This document shows positions 28,464 to 38,255 of a stretch of 64,000 nucleotides of DNA, in pieces. The DNA lies in assembly GCA_964502815.1 (NCBI GenBank), contig CAZCXV010000002.1:22802-86801 (forward strand), read 5' to 3'. The position numbers were made by a program, and so were the translations under genes. Source of the DNA: an uncultured Gammaproteobacteria bacterium (GTDB lineage: Bacteria; Patescibacteriota; Microgenomatia; UBA8517). The notes below the pieces were generated by a model. The model made no database searches. It was not told the origin of the DNA and saw only the letters and a program-made list of their open reading frames with translations. The number at the start of each line of letters is the position of its first letter. Position 1 is the first letter of the stretch.

Positions 28464-28832
28464 TTAAACTACCTCTCTAGCCAATGAGGCAATTTTTGCG
28501 TAACCCGCCTCCTTAACTTCTCTGGCAATTGGCCCTAATATTCTAGTTCCTCTAGGTAATCCTTGCTTATCTATCACAACTCCGGCGTTATCATCAAATC
28601 GAACATAAGTTCCATCCCTGCGCTTTATTTCTTTTTTGGCTCGTACAATAACTACCGTTACCGGTTCAGAGTCTTTCACCGCTCCGACTGGGTCGGCACC
28701 ATCAACAACACATCTGACAACCTGGCCAAGAGAGGCTTTTTTACCAACCCTGCCCGAGATACCAATAACCATTAGTCTTTTGGCTCCCGAATTGTCAGCT
28801 GGCTTTAAAATTGATCTTAACTGTACGCTCAT
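28464..28832 (-). CDS. rplN: 50S ribosomal protein L14
   Basis: ADNSGAK, RFDDNA, GTRILGP. Confidence 0.97.
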   Translation of the reverse strand: MSVQLRSILKPADNSGAKRLMVIGISGRVGKKASLGQVVRCVVDGADPVGAVKDSEPVTVVIVRAKKEIKRRDGTYVRFDDNAGVVIDKQGLPRGTRILGPIAREVKEAGYAKIASLAREVV

Positions 28833-28839
28833 ATGCTCA

Positions 28840-29157
28840 TTATTTTCTTTTCTTTGGTTTTGATTTAGTCTTGACTTTAGATGGCAAGGATTTTTCTTTG
28901 TCAGCCTTTGTTTTTATAACTCCAGTTGAGGCTTCAATTGAAACTAAATGCCACCTTTTAAGCTTACTTATTGGCCTTCCTGCCGCAAACTTTACGATAT
29001 CTCCCAGCTTTGCTTTGCTTTCCTCATCATGGATGTGAAAATTTCTAGTCTTTTTCATTCTTTTCTTGTAAATTGGGTGAGCCACCAAGCGCTCTACCTC
29101 TACAGTTGCTGTTTTGGCCATCTTGATTGAAATTACTCTACCAATTAACACTTTCAT
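28840..29157 (-). CDS. rpsQ: 30S ribosomal protein S17
   Basis: HPIYKK, HDE, RPISKLKRW; Lys-rich tail. Confidence 0.95.
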   Translation of the reverse strand: MKVLIGRVISIKMAKTATVEVERLVAHPIYKKRMKKTRNFHIHDEESKAKLGDIVKFAAGRPISKLKRWHLVSIEASTGVIKTKADKEKSLPSKVKTKSKPKKRK

Positions 29158-29366
29158 GACTTTATTATTTCCTTTTCTTTTTGTCCCAAAATTGTCAAAA
29201 TCTGGGCTACTTCTTTTTTAGCATTTCTAACCATTTTTAGATTTTTCTCTTGTCCAACCCTAATCTTCATATAGTCTAAAGCTATTTTTTTCTTGAGATC
29301 TAAAACCTTTTGATTTAGGTCTTTAACATTTTTTTCTTTTAATTGGTTTAATTCTTTAGTTTTCAT
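29154..29366 (-). CDS. rpmC: 50S ribosomal protein L29
   Basis: Lies between rplP and rpsQ; KKEVAQILT. Confidence 0.9.
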   Translation of the reverse strand: MKTKELNQLKEKNVKDLNQKVLDLKKKIALDYMKIRVGQEKNLKMVRNAKKEVAQILTILGQKEKEIIKS

Positions 29367-29377
29367 AGTATTGTATC

Positions 29378-29788
29378 TTACTCTCCTTTTTTAACAACTC
29401 TAGTCTTGAAAGGCATCTTACTGGCTGCTTTTTCAAAAGCTCTGGTCACTGCCTCTTCAGGAACACCAGCTACTTCAAAGAGAATTCTACCCGGCTTAAC
29501 TACAGCTACATATCTGTCGACGTCACCTTTTCCTCCACCCATTCTTTGTCCCGCAGCCCGACCTGACACTGGTTTGTCTGGGAAAACTCTAATCCAGAGT
29601 CTGCCTTTTCTTTTTAGGGAATTAGTTATCGCACGACGTCCAGCCTCAATTTGAGCCGAAGTCATCCACTTGACTTCCAAGGCCTTTAAGCCATATTCTC
29701 CAAATGAGACATCCGAGCCTCTAAGGGCCAATCCTCTCCTTCTACCTCTAAAATCTTTTCTAAATTTCCTTCTTGCTGGCTGTAACAT
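29378..29788 (-). CDS. rplP: 50S ribosomal protein L16
   Basis: QIEAGR, WIRVFPDKP, RMGGGKG. Confidence 0.97.
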   Translation of the reverse strand: MLQPARRKFRKDFRGRRRGLALRGSDVSFGEYGLKALEVKWMTSAQIEAGRRAITNSLKRKGRLWIRVFPDKPVSGRAAGQRMGGGKGDVDRYVAVVKPGRILFEVAGVPEEAVTRAFEKAASKMPFKTRVVKKGE

Positions 29789-30444
29789 CACTCACTTTCT
29801 CCTTCTTTGTATATCCACACCTTTACGCCAACATAGCCCCTTTTTAAAAGTGCTGCGATTTTGGCGTAATCAATGTTTTCTCTTAAGGTTTGGGTTGGAA
29901 CTGACCCTTGATGAAATTTTTCTCTTCTGGCAATTTCAGCTCCAGCAATACGTCCTCCTAAAACTACTTTAACCCCCTTAGCTCCAGATTGCATTACTTT
30001 TTCCATGGCTTTGGTGACAACACGCCTTTGTGGCATTCTTCTTTCCAACTCGCCTGCAATTCTCATCGCCACCAAATGGGCCGAAAGATCTGGATTTTTG
30101 ACTTCTTTTACTTGGAGGTCGATTTTGACGTCTTTGGCAGTTTTTCCTCTAACACCCAAAATAATACTGCCTATGTAATTTCTAGTTTCTTCAATTCCCG
30201 ATCCGCCTCTGCCAATAACTACCCCCGGTCTAGCAACTGAAACGGTAATTACCATTGACTTGGGCAGCCTCTCGATTTCAACTTTATTAATGCCTGCCAA
30301 TTTAAATTTTTCCATTAAGGCGGCTCTAATTTTAATATCTTCAATCAAAAAATCTTTAAACTTAGAGTCATCAGAAAACCATCTTGACTTCCAAGGCAAG
30401 AATGTTCCCGTTCTAAAGCTTATTGGATTAACTTTCTGACCCAT
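29788..30444 (-). CDS. rpsC: 30S ribosomal protein S3
   Basis: MGQKVNP, RPGVVIG, GAEIAR, GVKVWI. Confidence 0.97.
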   Translation of the reverse strand: MGQKVNPISFRTGTFLPWKSRWFSDDSKFKDFLIEDIKIRAALMEKFKLAGINKVEIERLPKSMVITVSVARPGVVIGRGGSGIEETRNYIGSIILGVRGKTAKDVKIDLQVKEVKNPDLSAHLVAMRIAGELERRMPQRRVVTKAMEKVMQSGAKGVKVVLGGRIAGAEIARREKFHQGSVPTQTLRENIDYAKIAALLKRGYVGVKVWIYKEGESE

Positions 30445-30807
30445 TTACTTTTTCTCCTCCTCTTTGGTCACTTCTTTTTTCTTTTCTTCTAAAACTACCT
30501 TAATGTGGCTCATTCTTCTCTTGTAAGGCTTCAGTCTTCCTCTTGAAGCGGCTCTGCCTCTTTTCAACCTTGGTCCTTCGCCAATCTGAATTTCCTTAAA
30601 GATTAAATCACTATCTACCACTCCCACCTGTTTAGCATTGGCAATGGCTGTCTTAATCACCTTTAGTAAAGGTTCACTAGCCACTTTGCCAATAAAAGGT
30701 AAGACTTTAATGGCTTCTAAAGGAAGCATTTTTTTAATCAAAAACACAACCGGCCTAACTTTAGTAGGCGAGATACGTAAAAATTTTTGTGTTGCTGAGT
30801 ATTCCAT
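30445..30807 (-). CDS. rplV: 50S ribosomal protein L22
   Basis: ISPTKVR, AIANA, EGPRLKR, SHI. Confidence 0.95.
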   Translation of the reverse strand: MEYSATQKFLRISPTKVRPVVFLIKKMLPLEAIKVLPFIGKVASEPLLKVIKTAIANAKQVGVVDSDLIFKEIQIGEGPRLKRGRAASRGRLKPYKRRMSHIKVVLEEKKKEVTKEEEKK

Positions 30808-30812
30808 ATTTG

Positions 30813-31094
30813 TTAGGTCTTGTCTGCTGTCCTTTTGACCACTTGACCATGACCTCTAAAGGTTCTGGTTGGGGAAAACTCCCCTAGTCTATGACCAACC
30901 ATGTCTTCCGTTACAAATACTTCAATGAAAAGCTTGCCATTGTGGACTTGGAAATATTTACCAACAAATTCTGGGGCAATTTGACTTGATCTAAACCAAG
31001 TCTTAATTGCCTTGCCTTTATCACCCATGCCAGCATTAACCTTCTTGACAAGGCGTGGATCTACATATGGTCCTTTTTTAGCTGATCTAGACAT
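30813..31094 (-). CDS. rpsS: 30S ribosomal protein S19
   Basis: [21 protein letters not shown]. Confidence 0.97.
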   Translation of the reverse strand: MSRSAKKGPYVDPRLVKKVNAGMGDKGKAIKTWFRSSQIAPEFVGKYFQVHNGKLFIEVFVTEDMVGHRLGEFSPTRTFRGHGQVVKRTADKT

Positions 31095-31876
31095 TACTTA
31101 GTTCCTCCTCTGGTTTGACCTTTGCCGCCGGCGTGTTTACCCCGCTTTCGGCCGGCAACGATTAGTTTATCAGAATATTTGCGTTTAGCACGGGTTTTAC
31201 CCACTGCAGGTCTGCCCCAAGGCGTCTTTGGCGCCTTCATCCCAACACCACTCCTACCTTCTCCGCCTCCATGAGGGTGGGAGTTGGGGTGCTGAGCCAC
31301 ACCACGAACACTTGGTCTTATACCCATATGTCTTTTGGTACCTGCTTTTCGCAAATTTCTGGCTTTGTGGGTAACATTTCCGACCTGGCCAACAGTAGCC
31401 TTTGCTTTTGGATCAAACCTTCTTATTTCTGCCGAAGGCATTTTAATCAAAACCCAGTTTTCTTCTCTTCCTTGAACCATAGCTACACTACCTGCGCCTT
31501 TAACCATTTGAGCACCCTTGCCCGGCATAATTTCGAGATTGTGTACAGGAGTACCAACTGCTATTTTTCCCAATGGCAGAGTATTGCCAGTTTCCATTGG
31601 AGCCAGCTCGCCACTGGTTATCTTTTGGCCAACTTTCAAGCCAACAGGAGCGAGAATATATCTTTTATCTCCATCTTCATAGACGACAAGTGCAATTTTT
31701 GAGTTTCTGTTTGGATCGTATTCAATAGTGGTAATAATTCCCCAAACGCCATCTTTTTCTCTTTTCCAGTCAATAGTTCTCAAATATCTTTTCTCACGAC
31801 CTCCTTGGTGTCTAACGGTTACCTTACCTTTTGATCTACCCGATTTTTTTCTAAGAATGGTTTTTAAGTTTTTCAT
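31094..31876 (-). CDS. rplB: 50S ribosomal protein L2
   Basis: [25 protein letters not shown]. Confidence 0.97.
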   Translation of the reverse strand: MKNLKTILRKKSGRSKGKVTVRHQGGREKRYLRTIDWKREKDGVWGIITTIEYDPNRNSKIALVVYEDGDKRYILAPVGLKVGQKITSGELAPMETGNTLPLGKIAVGTPVHNLEIMPGKGAQMVKGAGSVAMVQGREENWVLIKMPSAEIRRFDPKAKATVGQVGNVTHKARNLRKAGTKRHMGIRPSVRGVAQHPNSHPHGGGEGRSGVGMKAPKTPWGRPAVGKTRAKRKYSDKLIVAGRKRGKHAGGKGQTRGGTK

Positions 31877-31878
31877 GC

Positions 31879-32178
31879 TTATTTTTTAACCTTTCCTTTT
31901 TTTTCTTTCTTTTCTTCAAAAAGATCAATCTTTTGGCCTTCTTTAGCTTCAATAATTGCCTTCTTCTTGGCTTTGGTTCTAGTTGCCACACCCCTCAAAG
32001 TTTTTTTGAATTCTGGCTTTATTTTTAAAGTTTTTACTGAAACCACGTCAATGTCAAAAAGCTTTTTAGCTTCTTTTTTAATTTCCATTTTATCCATATC
32101 CAAGCTCACGAAAAAAGTATATTTGCCTTTTTTGGCCTCTGCCAGGCTTTTTTCTGTTAATACTGGTTTAATGATCAT
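31879..32178 (-). CDS. rplW: 50S ribosomal protein L23
   Basis: PVLTEKS, YTFFV, KKAII. Confidence 0.93.
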   Translation of the reverse strand: MIIKPVLTEKSLAEAKKGKYTFFVSLDMDKMEIKKEAKKLFDIDVVSVKTLKIKPEFKKTLRGVATRTKAKKKAIIEAKEGQKIDLFEEKKEKKGKVKK

Positions 32179-32834
32179 TTTGTTTTCTTCCCCTGAGCTT
32201 TCGCCATTGTTTTTACTTTAACTTCTGGCTTTTTGGTTTTTTCTTTGACAACTTCAAAAATTGCTGCATCTAAAACTAGCTTTCCGCCGAAGACAACATC
32301 GTAGGCATTAAGATCTTTAAAGCTAATAATCTTAGTATCTTTTAAGTTTTTGAGCGTTTTTGTTTTTTTAATGTTTACTTCTGTAAGAGCAATTATCATT
32401 CTGCCAAAATCAGTTAATTTTCTAGCATCTTTAGTTTTCTTGACAGTAGATAGTCCTTCAATGGCAATAACTTCACCCATCTTTGCTTTCATGGAAAGAG
32501 CAACATTTAAAGCTTTTCTTTTCATTTTTGTTGAAAGAGTCAAAACCTTTTGCTCAAGCTTTGGTCCATGGGCAATTCCCCCGCCAACATAAATTGGGGC
32601 TCTTCTTGATCCATGTCTTGCGCCACCCGTTCCCTTTTGTTTGTAAACCTTTTTAGTGGTTCTATTTATTTCAGCTCTAGTTTTGGTTTTAGAACTACCA
32701 ATATGGACTCTATCTTGGTAGATATGTACAGCCTGAGAGACAAGACTCAAATTCTCTTTTTCTTCCATATATTTTGGAAGTATAACTTGACCAGTTTTCA
32801 TTGCTTTTAAGTTAAATTTATCTATCTTAAGCAT
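32175..32834 (-). CDS. rplD: 50S ribosomal protein L4
   Basis: KTRAE, QKGTGGARHGS, GGGIAHGP. Confidence 0.96.
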   Translation of the reverse strand: MLKIDKFNLKAMKTGQVILPKYMEEKENLSLVSQAVHIYQDRVHIGSSKTKTRAEINRTTKKVYKQKGTGGARHGSRRAPIYVGGGIAHGPKLEQKVLTLSTKMKRKALNVALSMKAKMGEVIAIEGLSTVKKTKDARKLTDFGRMIIALTEVNIKKTKTLKNLKDTKIISFKDLNAYDVVFGGKLVLDAAIFEVVKEKTKKPEVKVKTMAKAQGKKTK

Positions 32835-33558
32835 TTTCTTCCTCCTTGGCTTCTACTTTTTCTTCTACTTGTGGTTCCTGGACTACGACTGGGTTTTTCA
32901 CAACCAAAGGGTGCCAAGCTTTGCTTGTTTCTCCGACTCTGGTAATTCTAATTAAGCTTCCAACTGTCCCTGGAATTGCGCCTTTGAGCATTATTTCATC
33001 GGTTTGCGGATCTACTTGTATTACTTCTAAGTTTTTAATTGTTTTAGTGTCTGATCCCATTCTTCCGGCCATGTGTTTTCCTTTATAGACTCTTCCTGGA
33101 GTTGTTCCCTGACCGATTGATCCTGGAGCACGGTGTCTATCTGACTGACCATGAGTTTTTGGCCCGCCGGCAAAGCCCCACCTTTTCACTCCTCCGGCAA
33201 AGCCTTTACCTTTGGAAATACCAGTGACATTAACCGTGTCTCCTTGAGACAATACATCTGTCAAGGATATTTTGTCGCCTGACTTGAGGTCGGTGTCAGC
33301 CACTTTTACTTCACGCAAAAAATTAGGAGCTGTCTTTCCATTTACAGCTCCTTTAAGGTGTCCCAATAGGGGTTTGGTAATATTTTTGGTTTTCTTGGCT
33401 CCTGTGCCAATTTGGACGGCTAAATAACCATCTTTGTCTTGAGATTTGACTTGGGTAACTATGTTTGGGGTAACTTTGACTACAGTTACAGAAACCCTCT
33501 CGTCGCCGACGAAGGTTTGGGTCATTTTTGACTTGGTTCCCAGTATTGTATTAAACAT
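32827..33558 (-). CDS. rplC: 50S ribosomal protein L3
   Basis: SKGKGFAG, THGQSDRHRAPGSIG, MAGRMG; start ATG 33558. Confidence 0.97.
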   Translation of the reverse strand: MFNTILGTKSKMTQTFVGDERVSVTVVKVTPNIVTQVKSQDKDGYLAVQIGTGAKKTKNITKPLLGHLKGAVNGKTAPNFLREVKVADTDLKSGDKISLTDVLSQGDTVNVTGISKGKGFAGGVKRWGFAGGPKTHGQSDRHRAPGSIGQGTTPGRVYKGKHMAGRMGSDTKTIKNLEVIQVDPQTDEIMLKGAIPGTVGSLIRITRVGETSKAWHPLVVKNPVVVQEPQVEEKVEAKEEENA

Positions 33559-33573
33559 AAATTTATAAACCAC

Positions 33574-33699
33574 AAAAAAAGGTGCCCTAAGGCACCATAT
33601 ATGAAAAATACGGCCTTTTGGGGGCTACCCGTGATCAAAAGTGACGAACTAATATAACCACGCAAGAAGGATTATATCAAAGAAGGACTGAGCCTGCAA
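33574..33699 (-). promoter_or_regulatory. rplC promoter and leader with terminator-like hairpin
   Basis: TTGCAG-17-TATAAT (extended TG) at 33699-33671; GGTGCC-TTAG-GGCACC-T7 at 33596-33574. Confidence 0.7.
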
Positions 33700-33708
33700 C
33701 TTACGAAG

Positions 33709-34134
33709 TTAAGTTAGACCTAATCTTAAATTAACTGGACCATCTGTTAACATACCCCTATATTCACGACCAATTTCCCCAATCACATCTTTTGAAGACA
33801 AACTCATTTTTGGTGCATATTTCTCAACTAGGGCTCTTGCGGCTGGTACCCCAGCCAAAGCCGCGCCCAATATACCGCCAACCAGATATCTAATCGCATT
33901 TTTCTGAGTCCCAACACTATCAAGTGCAATCTGGAAACCTGAATCAAAAACATTAGCCTCTGCTTGAGGGGGAGATGATCCCAGGATTGCATTAGACACT
34001 CCTCTTACAAACCAGTTATCATACCCATCAGGATATTCCATAGATAAATAATTCATCACTTCCACTAACTTTTGTGGCATGACTTGTGTATCCACAATAT
34101 CACCAGCTCTAATTTGTTTAAAAATCTCTGACAT
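33709..34134 (-). CDS. Hypothetical protein inserted between rpsJ and rplC
   Basis: 141-aa ORF with TTGACA upstream; no known motif. Confidence 0.6.
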   Translation of the reverse strand: MSEIFKQIRAGDIVDTQVMPQKLVEVMNYLSMEYPDGYDNWFVRGVSNAILGSSPPQAEANVFDSGFQIALDSVGTQKNAIRYLVGGILGAALAGVPAARALVEKYAPKMSLSSKDVIGEIGREYRGMLTDGPVNLRLGLT

Positions 34135-34194
34135 AGGCTGTGTAGCCTATCAAATAGATAAGCGTAGGTGTCAACCCTCAAATATCCTATAAGA

Positions 34195-34506
34195 TTACAT
34201 CTTTACCTCAATGGAGACACCTGCTGGAAGATCAAGATTAGAAAGATTATCAATAGTTCTCGGAGACGGATCCACTATATCAATAAGGCGCTTGTGGACC
34301 AAAATTTCAAAGTGTTCCTGGGCATTTTTAATACCTCTAGAGGTGGATGGGGTAACTGCCATCATAGTTCTTTTGGTAGGTAAAGGAAGAGGACCAATTA
34401 CTTTGGCACCAGTTGCAATTGCAGTTTCAATAATTTTTGCAGCAGCCTCATCGATTACACGGTAATCGTAGCTTTTCAATTTGACTCGTAGTCTTCCACT
34501 AGGCAT
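34195..34506 (-). CDS. rpsJ: 30S ribosomal protein S10
   Basis: LKSYD, GPLPLPT, HKRLIDI, LPAGV. Confidence 0.96.
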   Translation of the reverse strand: MPSGRLRVKLKSYDYRVIDEAAAKIIETAIATGAKVIGPLPLPTKRTMMAVTPSTSRGIKNAQEHFEILVHKRLIDIVDPSPRTIDNLSNLDLPAGVSIEVKM

Positions 34507-34538
34507 ATATGTGCAAAAATTTAAAGTGCGGGCAAGAT

Positions 34539-35717
34539 TTAAGCTATAATCTTGGTAATAACTCCAGCTCCAACTGTTCTGCCACCTTCTCGGATGGCAA
34601 ATCTCATCCCTTCTTCAAGGGCTACTGGAACTATTAATTTTACTTTCATTTTAGCATTGTCTCCTGGCATAACCATTTCAATGCCTTCAGGTAGAGTTGC
34701 CTCTCCTGTAACGTCCGCTGTCCTTATAAAAAACTGTGGCTTGTAGCCTGTGAAAAATGGTGTATGTCTTCCACCTTCTTCTTTAGAAAGAATGTAAACT
34801 TCGGCTTCAAACTCGGTGTGGGGAGTAATCGATCCCGGCTTTGCCAAAACTTGGCCTCTTTCAATGTCGTCTTTTTCAATACCTCGAAGCAAAAGTCCGG
34901 CATTGTCTCCAGCTTGAGCATCATCAAGGCTCTTTCTAAACATTTCAATACCAGTTACAACGGTTTTCTTGGTTGGTTTTATTCCAACAATTTCAATTTC
35001 TCCGTTTAATTTCAAAGCTCCTCTTTCAACCCTGCCAGTTACAACAGTTCCACGTCCTTTAATAGAAAAGACATCTTCAACAGGCATTAAGAAAGGCTTA
35101 TCAGTATCACGAACTGGATCCGGGATATAGGTGTCAACCGCATCCATAAGAGCCTGGATTTGTTTTTCTGCTTCCCCGTCGCCTTCTGTAGCTTTAAGAG
35201 CTGATCCTTTAATTACTGGTACATCGTCTCCTGGGTATTCATATTTTTTGAGAAGATCCCTAACATCTGCTTCAACCAAGTCAATAATTTCTGGGTCATC
35301 AACCATGTCGCATTTATTCAAAAAAACTACCAAAGCTGGTACGTTAACCTGGCGAGCTAAGATTACGTGCTCTCTGGTTTGTGGCATAGGACCATCTACT
35401 GCAGAAACTACCAAGATTGCTCCATCCATCTGAGCAGCACCAGTGATCATATTCTTGATGTAATCTGCGTGACCTGGAGCATCGATGTGGGCATAGTGCC
35501 TTTTTTCAGTTTCATATTCTTGGTGAGAAAGATTAATAGTAACTCCTCGCTGTCTTTCTTCTGGCGCTGAATCAATGTCGCCATAAGTTTTTGCAGTCGC
35601 AAGACCCTTTTTGGCCAAAACCATAGTAATAGCTGAGGTTAAAGTAGTTTTTCCATGATCAACGTGACCGATGGTTCCGATATTTACGTGTGGTTTAGTT
35701 CTTGAAAATGCTGCCAT
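34539..35717 (-). CDS. tuf: Elongation factor Tu
   Basis: [30 protein letters not shown]. Confidence 0.99.
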   Translation of the reverse strand: MAAFSRTKPHVNIGTIGHVDHGKTTLTSAITMVLAKKGLATAKTYGDIDSAPEERQRGVTINLSHQEYETEKRHYAHIDAPGHADYIKNMITGAAQMDGAILVVSAVDGPMPQTREHVILARQVNVPALVVFLNKCDMVDDPEIIDLVEADVRDLLKKYEYPGDDVPVIKGSALKATEGDGEAEKQIQALMDAVDTYIPDPVRDTDKPFLMPVEDVFSIKGRGTVVTGRVERGALKLNGEIEIVGIKPTKKTVVTGIEMFRKSLDDAQAGDNAGLLLRGIEKDDIERGQVLAKPGSITPHTEFEAEVYILSKEEGGRHTPFFTGYKPQFFIRTADVTGEATLPEGIEMVMPGDNAKMKVKLIVPVALEEGMRFAIREGGRTVGAGVITKIIA

Positions 35718-35727
35718 TGTTACTTGT

Positions 35728-35825
35728 ATTATATTTTCTTTGCCTTTAAAAATCTAGGGGCAAATAAAAAAGGCCTAATTTAGCCTGGTGATGGTATTAT
35801 ATTCGAGCCTATTTATTCGTGTCAA
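35728..35825 (-). promoter_or_regulatory. tuf promoter and structured leader
   Basis: TTGACA-18-TATAAT (35825-35796); AGGC/GCCT stem followed by a T-run; second TATAAT 10 nt before ATG. Confidence 0.65.
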
Positions 35826-35851
35826 CTGGCAAATCAGACCTAACTTTCTAA

Positions 35852-37066
35852 TTATTCCACCACTTTTGCAGACAATGCATTCTTGCGCATGTGAGTCTGT
35901 TTGCACAGCCATTCATACTCTTTTTTACTTAATACATCTTGGTAGTCCGAAAGCGCCTGATCTATCTCGTCTGTTGTCATCTTCCATAATCTTTCTCGAC
36001 GCAGTTCATTTTTAATTTTATTCTTTCTACCATCATCTTTTACAAACATTCCCGATAAACCACTGGGTTTATCGAGTTTACCTACTAAGTGATCCGCCAA
36101 TCGATCCTCGACTTCAACTAATCTATCCATGTTTAAAATTTTCCCATTGATTGCGAATTCGACATATTTATAAAACTCCCCAGCCAAACTCTTAAATTTC
36201 TGAGAACCAATATCAAGGCTGCCAATCTCACTTCTAGCTATTAGATTCTCTATATCTCCCAGTAAGTCAAAGTAAATTGTAAGATTGACGTACTCTAACA
36301 TTTGCTTTGTTTCATAAGCATTTAATAGATAATTATTTTGAATGTCTTCTATTTTTTTAGATAATAATTCCATAAGCCTCATGCCATCTTCATCATAGAT
36401 GTATATTTTCTTTAACTTCTCAGAGTTTTGAGGGTGAATGCTTTTAAAAACTTCCAATGTGTCTGGAGTAGAACTTGTTCTAGGTCCAAGACGGTTGTAA
36501 TCAAAAACAAAGTTAGATGGTAATAATCCTTGCTGTTGATATGATGCAATCACTTTGGCGACTGAAGAATTTCCATCGGCAATTGAACTATTAATATCTG
36601 TACGTAATTGTCTTAATACTTGTTTTTCCAAGTCGTTTCTCAACTTTTCGAAGTCATCTTTCATGTTCGGAAACAACAATTCCTTTTCTCTGATTCGCTT
36701 AAATCGTTGACTTACTGCAACTAAATCCCCGGCACCTTCTGATCTGTGCATGTGACGAGAGATAGACCGAGGTATAGCATCTTTTATGCGTCCAGAAAAT
36801 CTATCAACTGTCTGCCTTAAGCCTTCGGGCAATTCATCTCTAAATATCAAAAAATCCTCAACCGGAGCATCCAAACCCCAACCTTGCGTTTTCCCATCAA
36901 CTATTTCATGAGCCAATTGCTGCTCACTTTTTAGAGGATAATGTTGTTTTGTTACTTCCCACTCAAGAATTACGTTGGCTATAAATTCCCCATCCAATAT
37001 CTGTAATGGTTGATTGGCTTTTGCCTCAGGCTGACTTGGAGTAATTACATCTGATACTTCACTCAT
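35852..37066 (-). CDS. Hypothetical helical protein
   Basis: 404-aa ORF with TATACT 6 nt before ATG; no recognisable motif. Confidence 0.7.
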   Translation of the reverse strand: MSEVSDVITPSQPEAKANQPLQILDGEFIANVILEWEVTKQHYPLKSEQQLAHEIVDGKTQGWGLDAPVEDFLIFRDELPEGLRQTVDRFSGRIKDAIPRSISRHMHRSEGAGDLVAVSQRFKRIREKELLFPNMKDDFEKLRNDLEKQVLRQLRTDINSSIADGNSSVAKVIASYQQQGLLPSNFVFDYNRLGPRTSSTPDTLEVFKSIHPQNSEKLKKIYIYDEDGMRLMELLSKKIEDIQNNYLLNAYETKQMLEYVNLTIYFDLLGDIENLIARSEIGSLDIGSQKFKSLAGEFYKYVEFAINGKILNMDRLVEVEDRLADHLVGKLDKPSGLSGMFVKDDGRKNKIKNELRRERLWKMTTDEIDQALSDYQDVLSKKEYEWLCKQTHMRKNALSAKVVE

Positions 37067-37130
37067 GAGTTAAGTATAACTTATAGAGTTGTATTTGGTG
37101 GTTTCTACAAAATTAGATATACTCCAGAGT

Positions 37131-38255
37131 ATGAATAAAATATTTTCTGGAGTCAGAGTTTTAGATCTAACCAAAGTTTTCAGTGGTCCTTTTGCAACCA
37201 GAATGTTGGCTGATTATGGAGCAGAAGTAATAAAAGTTGAAAACAGCCTTTCTCCAGATGACACTAGAAACTTTCCTCCCTTAAAAAATAACTGGAGCGG
37301 TTATTTTGAAATTTTAAATCGCAACAAAAAAGGGGTAAGTTTAAATCTTAAAAATGAAATTGATTTGCAAAAACTTTACAGCTTAGTCAAAAACTGCGAC
37401 GTCTTTGTAGAAAACTTTGCACCAAAAACCAAATTTAGCCTCAAAATCGACTATCAAACTCTAAGGAAGATAAACCCAGAAATTATCTATGCCTCACTTT
37501 CTGGACGTGGACAAACTTCCAGTGAAAAGTATTATGACATCATTGCCCAAACCCAGTCCGGTCTTCTTTCTTTAACTGGAGAAGAAAGAAAACCAATAAA
37601 AATTGGTCCTGCGGTAGTTGATGCTTTTTCTGGAATGACTCTGGCGTTTGCAATTTCTTCAGCACTTTTTTACAAACAAAAAACAGGACAAGGACAATAT
37701 ATTGATGTCTCCATGCTTGCCTCTTCCTATAACTTATTGGAAAGCAGCTTAATCCAGTCTTCAGTAACAAAAACAAATCCCAAAAGAACAGGAAACCAAG
37801 ATGGCTTAATTGCTCCTTTTGGAATCTATAAAACTAAAGATGGTTTTATAGCGATTGCCATTGGCAACCAGCTCTTTTGGAAAACTTTTGCTGGTTTCCT
37901 GCAAAAGGAATCCTCTATCTCTATTCCCTGGGATAAATTTTCCAGCAATGAAGCAAGAATTCAAAATCAAACAAAGTTAACCCAGATAATTGAAACTGTT
38001 TTTAGCAGATTTGAAACAGAATATCTAGTTTTTGCTTTAAAAGCTTTAAATCTCCCTGTTTCCAAAGTAAACACCATGCAGGATGTTTTGAAAAATGAAT
38101 TTAACTACCAAGAAAACTTTCTCTTAAGGGGAAAAAATGAGAAGGCCGGTGAATTTGTAACTACTGGTTTTTCAGTAAGATTTTCTGAACAAAAAGATTA
38201 CCAGATAGTAAACGCTCCCCAAATAGGAGAAAATAATAAGGATTATGGGATTTGA
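37131..38255 (+). CDS. Family III CoA-transferase (CaiB/BaiF)
   Basis: VLDLT...GPFA...LADYGAEVIKVE, NRNKK, ENFAP, YDIIAQ, catalytic Asp in AVVDAFSG. Confidence 0.93.
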   Translation: MNKIFSGVRVLDLTKVFSGPFATRMLADYGAEVIKVENSLSPDDTRNFPPLKNNWSGYFEILNRNKKGVSLNLKNEIDLQKLYSLVKNCDVFVENFAPKTKFSLKIDYQTLRKINPEIIYASLSGRGQTSSEKYYDIIAQTQSGLLSLTGEERKPIKIGPAVVDAFSGMTLAFAISSALFYKQKTGQGQYIDVSMLASSYNLLESSLIQSSVTKTNPKRTGNQDGLIAPFGIYKTKDGFIAIAIGNQLFWKTFAGFLQKESSISIPWDKFSSNEARIQNQTKLTQIIETVFSRFETEYLVFALKALNLPVSKVNTMQDVLKNEFNYQENFLLRGKNEKAGEFVTTGFSVRFSEQKDYQIVNAPQIGENNKDYGI

